Shown here: positions 16,584 to 25,300 of the stretch, piece by piece
How positions within the stretch are numbered: position 1 is the first letter of the stretch
Layout: each line of letters begins with the position of its first letter
DNA from: Calditrichota bacterium
GTDB lineage: Bacteria > CLD3
DNA length: 64,000 nt
Assembly (NCBI GenBank): GCA_008501735.1
Contig: QQUF01000053.1
Coordinates: 61,163-125,162 of the forward strand
Reading direction: 5' to 3'
Notes under the pieces: model-generated
The model's input: only the letters and a program-made list of their open reading frames with translations
Database searches by the model: none
Told to the model about the DNA's origin: nothing
Position numbers and translations under genes: made by a program

Positions 16584-18122
16584 TTAAGATTCTTTGTTTT
16601 TTCTTAAAGTTTCTAAAATAATAGTCCACAAATTCTCATAAGGTATAATCTCCCAATTAAAAAAGCTGTTTGTTGATTTAGTACGAAAGCTACTTAATTT
16701 TTTTACATATTCTAGGCTGTGAATTTTCAATTGATTATAGTCGAAATCGTATTTTTCAATCATTAATATCATTTTAATAAAACAATCGGTACGATAGAAT
16801 TCATTTTTTTTGAGATACCTTTGGTTGTATTGTTTCAAACCTTCCATTTTATCCAAAACTTTAGAGTAATCTCCTTCGATTAAGTAAAACAATATTCTTA
16901 AAATTATTATTGAAACATTAAGACCTTTTTTGTCTTTTGATGTCTCGGATAATTTATCAATGGCTCTGAAAACATTAAAATTATTTTTTAACTCAATTCC
17001 CTTTTGAATTTCTAATGGGTTTTTGGAGTTTAGAAGAGCAATGATTATATAACTTTTAAATAAAATGAAATACTCGGCCTCTTGTAAAAAACTAATTTTG
17101 AAAAGCTCGTGAGATTCTAATTCCATTAATATTTCGAAAGCTTTTATAAGGTCATTTGACTGAATAGATAACAAAAAATAGTGATTGAGGAAAGAAATGT
17201 AATTTGCTGTCTGTTTTGGTAAGATTTTTTTTATCTTTTCTGCAATTAATTTTCCCTTTTCAAAATCTTGTAAATAAACAAGGCAAACCAATTGTTCTGT
17301 ATTTAATTCAGCCAAAAGTTGTGGAGAAATTTTTATTGTACTATTTAGTAAACGTTTCTCAGTTTGTTCATAAACCTTTAGTGCGTTTTTTATATCGCCT
17401 ACAGCTTCATATGCTGAGCTTTTTATTCTAAAATAGTAATTGTGTAACTCAATAGAATCATATTCTTTAAATTTTTCAATATTTTCTTCAATTATTTTTG
17501 AATATTCCAAAGCAATTTCGAATGAGTTTGGGTTCAAGATTCTTGAATTGGTTACTTCATATATAATTTTATGATAAAATTCTTGTGCTTGTATTTCAGC
17601 GGCATAAACTTCATTGTAAAAATTAATTTCTTTAAAAGAATCATATAAGACTTTTTTCTTGTGTTGAAAAACATAAAAAGTACTCAAGTTTTTTAGACAG
17701 TAAAGTATTACATCGGTAATTTTATGTTTCTTAGCGAGAAGGTAGGTTTGTTTATATAATTCTCTACTTGCATTGCTTGAGCCAGTTTTTCCTAACATCT
17801 TTGCAACGAATAAATTTTTTTCACATTTATAAGTAGCCTTTAACCTATCAGAAGCATTTATAGAAATATCTAATTCCATAATGGAGTTAATCATTTGTTC
17901 TTTAACATTATTTTTCAACTCACGAAACTTCTTTCCGGGGATTTTCTCACCAAAAATATCTAATGATGCTTCTGAATCCGTTTTATACTTACCTTCTAAA
18001 ATCCCTTCGTAAAGTTTCCAAATGTTTGATTTTGTATCTTTTTTATGTAGGAAATTATTTAAAGGTTTAAAATCTCTTTTTTTCAAAAGTCTGGCAATGT
18101 CTATTAATTTTTCCAATTTCAA
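16584..18122 (-). CDS. Uncharacterised ~510-aa helical/TPR-like protein, putative regulator, copy 1
   Basis: No signal peptide or TM; helical-repeat pattern; basic N-terminal domain; ends EIIPYENLW. Confidence 0.8.
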   Translation of the reverse strand: MKLEKLIDIARLLKKRDFKPLNNFLHKKDTKSNIWKLYEGILEGKYKTDSEASLDIFGEKIPGKKFRELKNNVKEQMINSIMELDISINASDRLKATYKCEKNLFVAKMLGKTGSSNASRELYKQTYLLAKKHKITDVILYCLKNLSTFYVFQHKKKVLYDSFKEINFYNEVYAAEIQAQEFYHKIIYEVTNSRILNPNSFEIALEYSKIIEENIEKFKEYDSIELHNYYFRIKSSAYEAVGDIKNALKVYEQTEKRLLNSTIKISPQLLAELNTEQLVCLVYLQDFEKGKLIAEKIKKILPKQTANYISFLNHYFLLSIQSNDLIKAFEILMELESHELFKISFLQEAEYFILFKSYIIIALLNSKNPLEIQKGIELKNNFNVFRAIDKLSETSKDKKGLNVSIIILRILFYLIEGDYSKVLDKMEGLKQYNQRYLKKNEFYRTDCFIKMILMIEKYDFDYNQLKIHSLEYVKKLSSFRTKSTNSFFNWEIIPYENLWTIILETLRKNKES

Positions 18123-18453
18123 GTTCCTAATTTTTAGCAGGTAAAGTTATAAAAATTGAGTAAGTCATAAAATTACAAAGCAATAAATCATATTTTTGAT
18201 AAAATATTGTCTATAAGTGATTTAATTTCCCTTTTTTTGCTTAAAGACGAAAAAAAATTGTGAATTTTTTAGTGAGAAACCTTCTAAAAGTTAAGAAAAA
18301 CGTAATTTTCTTTCAAGCCAAAACAATAAAATGAACAATTCTGTTTCTAACAAACTAAACTTTCAAATATAAATTTTCCTCGAAATGTTTTATGCACTCA
18401 ATTGTCGTGAAAGCAATTTGGGTGAAACTTATAATTAATTTTCGGAGGTTAAA

Positions 18454-18537
18454 ATGTTGTTTTTAAAGAAAACAGGATTTTTTATCAAGTTTATCAGGCT
18501 GGAGCATTATTTAAAAGGAATATTGAGAAAGAAATAG
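18454..18537 (+). pseudogene. 27-codon mini-ORF or remnant homologous to the 5' end of the 1517-aa gene
   Basis: Same RBS (CGGAGG) and first 9 codons (MLFLKKTGF) as 20677; then FIKFIRLEHYLKGILRKK-stop. Confidence 0.65.
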
Positions 18538-18589
18538 GCTTAAATATTTACCAAAACCAATTTCTTTGGTAAGGTAATAGACCTTAACT

Positions 18590-18621
18590 ATAAGAGATTG
18601 GATTCAATTCCAATCTCTTAT
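18590..18621 (+). terminator. Hairpin homologous to the one after the 1517-aa gene
   Basis: ATAAGAGATTGGA-TTCAAT-TCCAATCTCTTAT followed by Ts. Confidence 0.7.
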
Positions 18622-18794
18622 TTTCATTTATTGTATTTTACAATAATTTTTCTTTCTTAGGGTTGTGTCTCAATTGAAAGATAACAGATAGAAAAATAAC
18701 CTTTACTTTTGTATCGAAAAAATGATATTTGAAGCTATAGGAAGAGAGCTTTTCAAGAAAAATAAAAATTACCAAAAATATTACTTTAGAAAAA

Positions 18795-20351
18795 TTAAGA
18801 TTCTTCATTTTTTCTTAAAGTTTCTAAAATAATAGTCCACAAATTCTCATAAGGTATAATCTCCCAATTAAATAAACTTTTTGTTGTTTTAATACGAAAG
18901 CTGCTTAATTTTTTAACATATTCTACACTGTGAATTTTCAATTGATTATAGTCGAAATCGTATTTCTCAAGCATCATTATCATTTTAATAAAACAATCGG
19001 TACGATAGAATTCATTTTTTTTGAGGTACCTTTGGTTGTATTGTTTCAAACCTTCCATTTTATCCAAAACTTTAGAGTAATCTCCTTCGATTAAGTAAAA
19101 TAATATTCTTAAAATTATTATGGAAACATTAAGACCTTTTTTATCCTTTGAAGTTTCTAATAATTTATCTATGGCTTTAAAAACATTAAAATTATTTCTT
19201 AACTCATTTCCTTTTTTAACTTCAAATGGGTTTTTGGAGTTTAGAAGAGCAATGATTAAATAACTTTTAAATAAAATGAAATACTCGGTTTCTTGGATAA
19301 AACTAATTTTGAAAAGCTCGTGAGATTCTAACTCCTTTATTATCTCTAAAGCATTTTTAAGTTCATTTGACTGAATTGATAACAAAAAATAGTGATTGAG
19401 GAAGGAAATGTAGTTTGCTGTCTGTTTCGGTAAGATTTGTTTAATCTTTTCAGCAATTAATTTTCCCTTTTCAAAATCTTGTAAATAAACAAGGCAAATT
19501 AATTGTCCAGCATTTAATTCAGCCAAAAGTTGTGGAGAAACTATTATTGAACTATTTAGTAAGTTTTTCTCAGTTTGTTCGTAAACTTTTAGTGCATTTT
19601 TTATATCACCTATTGCTTCAAATGCTGAAGATTTTATCCTAAAAAAACAAATTCGTAATTCTAAAGAGTCATATTCTTTAAATTTTTCAATATTTGCTTC
19701 AATTATTTTTGAATATTCCAAAACAATTTCAAATGATTTCGGATCTAAAGTTTTTGAATTGGTTACTTCATATATAATTTTATGATAAAATTCTTGTGCT
19801 TGTATTTCAGCGGCATAAACTTCTTTGTAAAAATTAATTTCTTTAAAACTATCATATAAGACTTTTTTCTTGTGTCGAAAAACATAAAAAGTACTCAGGT
19901 TTTTTAGGCAACAAAGTATCACATCGGTAATTTTATGCTTCTTAGCGAGAAGGTAGGTTTGTTTATATAATTCTCTACTTGCATTGCTTGAGCCAGTTTT
20001 TCCTAACATCTTTGCAACGAATAAATTTTTTTCACATTTATAAGTAGCCTTTAACCTATCAGAAGCATTTATAGAAATATCTAATTCCATAATGGAGTTA
20101 ATCATTTGTTCTTTAACATTATTTTTCAACTCACGAAACTTCTTTCCGGGGATTTTCTCACCAAAAATATCTAATGATGCTTCTGAATCCGTTTTATACT
20201 TACCTTCTAAAATCCCTTCGTAAAGTTTCCAAATGTTTGATTTTGTATCTTTTTTATGTAGGAAATTATTTAAAGGTTTAAAATCTCTTTTTTTCAAAAG
20301 TCTGGCAATGTCTATTAATTTTTCCAATTTCAAGTTCCTAATTTTTAGCAA
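18795..20351 (-). CDS. Uncharacterised ~510-aa helical/TPR-like protein, putative regulator, copy 2
   Basis: First ~140 aa identical to copy 1; substitutions concentrated in the middle and near the C-terminus. Confidence 0.8.
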   Translation of the reverse strand: MLKIRNLKLEKLIDIARLLKKRDFKPLNNFLHKKDTKSNIWKLYEGILEGKYKTDSEASLDIFGEKIPGKKFRELKNNVKEQMINSIMELDISINASDRLKATYKCEKNLFVAKMLGKTGSSNASRELYKQTYLLAKKHKITDVILCCLKNLSTFYVFRHKKKVLYDSFKEINFYKEVYAAEIQAQEFYHKIIYEVTNSKTLDPKSFEIVLEYSKIIEANIEKFKEYDSLELRICFFRIKSSAFEAIGDIKNALKVYEQTEKNLLNSSIIVSPQLLAELNAGQLICLVYLQDFEKGKLIAEKIKQILPKQTANYISFLNHYFLLSIQSNELKNALEIIKELESHELFKISFIQETEYFILFKSYLIIALLNSKNPFEVKKGNELRNNFNVFKAIDKLLETSKDKKGLNVSIIILRILFYLIEGDYSKVLDKMEGLKQYNQRYLKKNEFYRTDCFIKMIMMLEKYDFDYNQLKIHSVEYVKKLSSFRIKTTKSLFNWEIIPYENLWTIILETLRKNEES

Positions 20352-20676
20352 GTAAAGTTATAAAAAAAGTTATAAAAATTGAGTAAGTCATAAAATTACA
20401 AAGCAATAAATCATATCTTTGATAAAATATTGTCTATAAGTGATTTAATTTCCCTTTTTTTGCTTAAAGACGAAAAAAAATTGTGAATTTTTTAGTGAGA
20501 AACCTTCTAAAAGTTAAGAAAAACGTAATTTTGTTTCAAGCCAAAACAATAAAATGAACAATTCTGTTTCTAACAAACTAAACTTTCAAATATAAATTTT
20601 CCTTGAAATGTTTTAGGCACTCATTTGTCGTGAAAGCAATTTGGGTGAAACTTATAATTAATTTTCGGAGGTTAAA

Positions 20677-23600
20677 ATGTTGTTTTTAAAGAAAACAGGA
20701 TTTTTAATTTTAACGAGTTTTGCAATTTTAGCAAACTGGAGCATTGTTTTGGGAGGAACATGGAGAAAAGAAACAGATTGGAGTGGTAGCCAATCAAAGG
20801 GTTTTAAAGAAATTGGAAGCCCAAATTTTAATTGGGCAAAAAAACTATTTTCATTTTTTATCTTTTTAACTTTTTTCCTCACATGTTTTGAACATGGATT
20901 CGCTACACAGTGGCAGAAAACAGCTGACCCATTTCAAGTTCATTCTGTAGTTAAAAAGCCTAATGACACTACTGATGTCTATGTGAGACATTCTGATAGA
21001 ATTGTTTTAAAGTATGAAGTTGAAAATATACTCGGACAAAAAGTATATGGTGCTGTTCAGGTAGGTGTAAAGTTTAAAATTAATGGTACCTACACTCCTC
21101 AAAATACCTGGGCAGATTATTCAAATCCTCAAAGTGGTTTACAAGAATATTCTGATTTTATTGATACTCCGCCAGAATGGAGCGTACCTGGTGAGACATA
21201 TATATTAGCCCATTTGTGGCGTGTAGATTGGGGTGAACCTCAATATGTAGCATATATAAGAGTTCATTTATTGCCTAATTCAAATACTCAAAATTCTTTA
21301 AACAATCCAATTTCTCAGACTGGCTCTCACTCATACTTTACGGACAATTCTGATCAGATATGGCCAGGTGATTTTGACAAAGGAAACTCAATATCTGTAT
21401 GGCAGGGTGGAAATGAAATTGATTACCCTATTATTATTGTTGAAGGATTTGATGCTAAAAACAAAGTTTATTCACAAAGTTTTTATAATGATATTTCTTC
21501 TTTTATTCAAATTCTCCAAAATACTTCACCCGAAGCAGATATTTTACTTTTTGACTATTCTGATGGTGGTCAGGATCTAGCAAAATTGGGCCAAGGCCTT
21601 GCCAGTGGAATTAGTTATATAAGTAATATTTATGGTTCTTCTCAAATCATTGGCATAAGTATGGGAGGAGTTGTTGCCAGATATGCTCTTGCTTACGCAG
21701 AACAAGAGGGGATTTTAATCAATGTATCCAATTTTGTCTCTGTAGATTCCCCACAAAAAGGAGCTGAACTTGATGATAATTTTCAAAATTGGTTATATAA
21801 TTTAGACGACTCACCTGCTGATATCTCTAGTGAAATAGAATCATTACGTAGTATTGCAGCAAAGCAAATGCTTACTTACAATGCCTGGAATTTAAATGGA
21901 AGTTACCACACATCATTTTACAACAACTTAAATGGTTTGAATTCCACGGGGTGGTCACAAAATACAAAAAATATTGGAGTTTCTTTTAGTCCTGGTTATG
22001 GACAAAATCCGAACTCTGGACTCAAATGGCTTAGTATGGATAATCAAGGCATTCCAGGGATAAGTGATGAAGACCTATACATAAGTTCTTCAGAAAATAT
22101 TTCAGATATGGGTTCTTTTTTGCCCAAAAGTTTCACTGATGGAAAGAGTAAAGGTTTTATCTATAATTTAGTTAATGTAGAAATTGAAAGATACTCTGAT
22201 CCTACTTTTATTACATTTGAGAGTGCAACTTCATTTAACCCAAATCAACCTAATAACTCTGATTTTGATGTAGTAATAAATTCTTTGGTTCCAACCTTTC
22301 ACGATTCCGTTCCTCCAGAAATAATTCCACCTTTATTGAGTGAAATGGGATTTACACCACCAAGTGTAAACTGGTCAGTAACACCAATCACTCCAAACTA
22401 CACAATTTCTGGTAGTTGGATAAATTACTCTGGAACTTTCCAAGTACAATTTCAGGATTTATCAACACAACAAAATGGCACAATCACAAATTGGTTATGG
22501 GATTTTGGGGATAACTCAACAAGTACTCAACAAAATCCGATTAAAACTTTCACAACTTACGGACAGCATGACGTAAAGTTAACAGTAACAAATTCAGCTG
22601 GAGTTCAATCTACAAAATATTGGGGGACTTTATCTAGTACAGGTCAAGACATATCTAGAATTAATATTTATCCTGGATTTCCTTCAATTACGGGAGATTT
22701 ATTTGTTGATTCAGCTCCTGGATTTTGTCAACTTGAATCTAAAAGTTGGAAAGCTACACAAAACATAAATGATTTAAATAATTATGGTACTATAAAGTGG
22801 AAAATTGAAAAAGGTAGTAAATCTTATTTTGTTGAAGGAAATATAAATAGCCTCGGTAAAAGTTATTTACCTACCAATCCTAGTTTTGGCTCATTTAGTT
22901 GGAATTCTCATATCGGAGGAGATTGTCAAGCATTTAAATTATCTGCACAAAAAAAAGTTAATTGGGCAGTGAGTGTTTGGAAAGAATTTGCAAATGGAAC
23001 TCCTATTGTAAAACTTAACTGTGATTGTAATTTAAATCCTGGACCAAACGACCCAGTTTGTCCTCATATAGTTTTGAATATTAATGGTCAAGAAATAGTT
23101 GAGAATAACATTCTTTATTTCTCAAATGAACAAAGGGAATTTGGACCTATTACAGATAAATGTTTAATTCAGAATGATTTACCAATTGAAAATGGAAAAT
23201 ATGTTTTAAACATCAAAGAAATTGGTACCTCAATTAGTAATCTTGATTACTTTTCTTTAGAGACAATTGATGTTCCAACAGGAATAGAGGTCGGAGCTTT
23301 AGCTCAAGAAAATCAAGAATTGGTTTTTTATTATCCTGATAGTTTAAACTCAGTTTTTTCTGCCGATGTTAATGGTACGCAAGATATTCGGTCAGAAATT
23401 ACAAATGATGATTCTCAATTTTTCCTTTCTGATTCAGGAGATGTTTTGAGTTTCGTCGTGAATCCGGTAGCAAATGAAACTTGCAAAATCATTATTAAAA
23501 CTCTGGAACTTGACCCAACAATTGAAGCTCAACCAAAATATGTTTATGGATTTTCAGTAATCGGAGGTGGAATAGAAGAAAATATTGCTTCTATAGCTTA

Positions 23601-25230
23601 CAGAAATAAAGATTACACTCACGTTCTTGATGTTAGTGAGTTTGTTGGTTCAGAGAATCAAACAACTTTTAAGTTGAGTTTTAGAAATAAAGTATCAATT
23701 GACCAAATTGCAATTGATACTACTCCTATTGATTTAAATGAAATTCAAGTGAATCAAGTTGAGCTTTCAAATGCAGAATTAATTTTAGGTGGTGAAAGTG
23801 GAGTAATTAATCAATTGTCAGAATTATCTTCTCCTGATTTTGATTACTCTTGGCTTAAACCTAATCAAAGTTTAAAACTTGAATTTTCTTTTCCAACTCA
23901 AGAATCTGGTACTCAAAGAAAGTTTGTTTTAGCTTCACAAGGTTTTTATGTTACTCCTTCTGATAGCATTTCCCTAGAAGTTTCAATACCTGAAGGTTTT
24001 AATTTATTTTCAATGCCTGTTGACAGCGTAAAACAAAATTCTAATTACCAAGAGCTGTTTACTAACAACACAAATACTTATTTCCCTTACACAACAATAA
24101 ATTATGAAGAAGTAGATTGGACATTAACCGATTCCGTATTTTTTCAACAAGGATTTTCTACAGTTGCAGAAGGAAGTCCCAAGACTTTAAACTTTACAGG
24201 GAAAGAAAAATTAGAGTATGATTTGAATCTTAATGAAGGTTGGAACTTAATTCCTTCAATAAGTAATGAAGTTTCTATTGCAAAATACTTTTCTTCAAAC
24301 GGTGGACCTTTTAGAGAAGGATTCTATTACGATTATGGTTACAAAGCAATTGATGCTGATAATGCAATTCTAAAACCCGGAGATGCAATTTGGGTTTATG
24401 TAGATTCTCCTATTGAAATTCTAAATTTTCCTTATGGGAATTCAAGTGAGCCATTAACAAAGTCATCTTCTGATTCTCTTATTTATTTAAGCTACAATCA
24501 ATTACTTGATTTGAATGGATTGATTGAATTTTCGGTAATTTCTGCTGAGTCTGATACGGTTAAATTATTTCTTGCTCAAAGCGATAGTTTCTCGGTAGAT
24601 AATTCTTACTTTGGAAAACCTCCATTACCTGAAAGCAACTTAGTTGACAGCCTGAAATTCTTTGATGCTCAAATTTATTTTAATGATTCAACTTACACTT
24701 ATGCAAATGTTCAAGACTCGAGCAATGTCAACTTGACTATTAGATTAACCGCCGCAAATTTCAAATACCCAATTTCAATAAGTTGGACTGATGCTCTTGG
24801 TAACTTGCAAGTTACAACCGTTGACAGTTCAAGTTTAACAAAACTGGTAAACTTGAACAGAAGTAGTGGAAAAGTTGCAATGAAAGTAAATAGTGAGCAA
24901 AACTTAATTAACATTGCAGGAACTTTGAAAAACTATAAAAGTTCTATTCCTTCAAAGTATTCACTTTCACAAAATTACCCAAACCCATTCAACCCAAGTA
25001 CAAGAATTAATTACTCAATTCCTGAAAACTCATTTGTTAAATTGGAAGTGTTTAACATTCTTGGTAGAAAAGTAAAAACTTTGGTCTCGAATGTTCAAAA
25101 ATCAGGTAATTACTCAGTAAAATGGAATGGATTAAACGATGAGAATAAATTAGTTTCGAGTGGAGTCTATTTTTACAGAATTGAATCAGGTGATTTTGTT
25201 TCAATCAAAAAAATGCTTTTACTCAAATAG
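20677..25230 (+). CDS. Large secreted alpha/beta-hydrolase (lipase-like) with PKD domain and C-terminal sorting domain
   Basis: IIVEGFD, nucleophile elbow GISMGG, SVDSPQKGA; PKD motif WLWDFGDNSTSTQQNP; LNEGWNLI; QNYPNPFNP...KKMLLLK. Confidence 0.82.
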   Translation: MLFLKKTGFLILTSFAILANWSIVLGGTWRKETDWSGSQSKGFKEIGSPNFNWAKKLFSFFIFLTFFLTCFEHGFATQWQKTADPFQVHSVVKKPNDTTDVYVRHSDRIVLKYEVENILGQKVYGAVQVGVKFKINGTYTPQNTWADYSNPQSGLQEYSDFIDTPPEWSVPGETYILAHLWRVDWGEPQYVAYIRVHLLPNSNTQNSLNNPISQTGSHSYFTDNSDQIWPGDFDKGNSISVWQGGNEIDYPIIIVEGFDAKNKVYSQSFYNDISSFIQILQNTSPEADILLFDYSDGGQDLAKLGQGLASGISYISNIYGSSQIIGISMGGVVARYALAYAEQEGILINVSNFVSVDSPQKGAELDDNFQNWLYNLDDSPADISSEIESLRSIAAKQMLTYNAWNLNGSYHTSFYNNLNGLNSTGWSQNTKNIGVSFSPGYGQNPNSGLKWLSMDNQGIPGISDEDLYISSSENISDMGSFLPKSFTDGKSKGFIYNLVNVEIERYSDPTFITFESATSFNPNQPNNSDFDVVINSLVPTFHDSVPPEIIPPLLSEMGFTPPSVNWSVTPITPNYTISGSWINYSGTFQVQFQDLSTQQNGTITNWLWDFGDNSTSTQQNPIKTFTTYGQHDVKLTVTNSAGVQSTKYWGTLSSTGQDISRINIYPGFPSITGDLFVDSAPGFCQLESKSWKATQNINDLNNYGTIKWKIEKGSKSYFVEGNINSLGKSYLPTNPSFGSFSWNSHIGGDCQAFKLSAQKKVNWAVSVWKEFANGTPIVKLNCDCNLNPGPNDPVCPHIVLNINGQEIVENNILYFSNEQREFGPITDKCLIQNDLPIENGKYVLNIKEIGTSISNLDYFSLETIDVPTGIEVGALAQENQELVFYYPDSLNSVFSADVNGTQDIRSEITNDDSQFFLSDSGDVLSFVVNPVANETCKIIIKTLELDPTIEAQPKYVYGFSVIGGGIEENIASIAYRNKDYTHVLDVSEFVGSENQTTFKLSFRNKVSIDQIAIDTTPIDLNEIQVNQVELSNAELILGGESGVINQLSELSSPDFDYSWLKPNQSLKLEFSFPTQESGTQRKFVLASQGFYVTPSDSISLEVSIPEGFNLFSMPVDSVKQNSNYQELFTNNTNTYFPYTTINYEEVDWTLTDSVFFQQGFSTVAEGSPKTLNFTGKEKLEYDLNLNEGWNLIPSISNEVSIAKYFSSNGGPFREGFYYDYGYKAIDADNAILKPGDAIWVYVDSPIEILNFPYGNSSEPLTKSSSDSLIYLSYNQLLDLNGLIEFSVISAESDTVKLFLAQSDSFSVDNSYFGKPPLPESNLVDSLKFFDAQIYFNDSTYTYANVQDSSNVNLTIRLTAANFKYPISISWTDALGNLQVTTVDSSSLTKLVNLNRSSGKVAMKVNSEQNLINIAGTLKNYKSSIPSKYSLSQNYPNPFNPSTRINYSIPENSFVKLEVFNILGRKVKTLVSNVQKSGNYSVKWNGLNDENKLVSSGVYFYRIESGDFVSIKKMLLLK

Positions 25231-25245
25231 CGTAAATTAATCAAT

Positions 25246-25281
25246 AACCAAGAGGTTGGATTTAAATCCAATCTCTTGGTT
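25246..25281 (+). terminator. Intergenic hairpin after the 1517-aa gene
   Basis: AACCAAGAGGTTGGATT-TA-AATCCAATCTCTTGGTT. Confidence 0.65.
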
Positions 25282-25300
25282 TGTTACAAGGAAAAAAGCG

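Larger units (their letters stand above)
16523..20775. repeat. Tandem duplication with a ~2.2 kb period (~16523-18540 and ~18737-20775)
   Basis: Gene, ~330-bp intergenic region and the first codons of the divergent gene are repeated; the intergenic copies are nearly identical. Confidence 0.93.

Noticed and set aside
16584-20351. Diversity-generating retroelement template/variable pair
   Set aside because: No reverse transcriptase in the window, both copies are full ORFs, and the differences are not confined to adenines.
20614-20630. Sigma-54 promoter for the 1517-aa gene (AGGCACTCATTTGT)
   Set aside because: The -24/-12 spacing is off by one base, and the GG is not kept in the duplicate copy.
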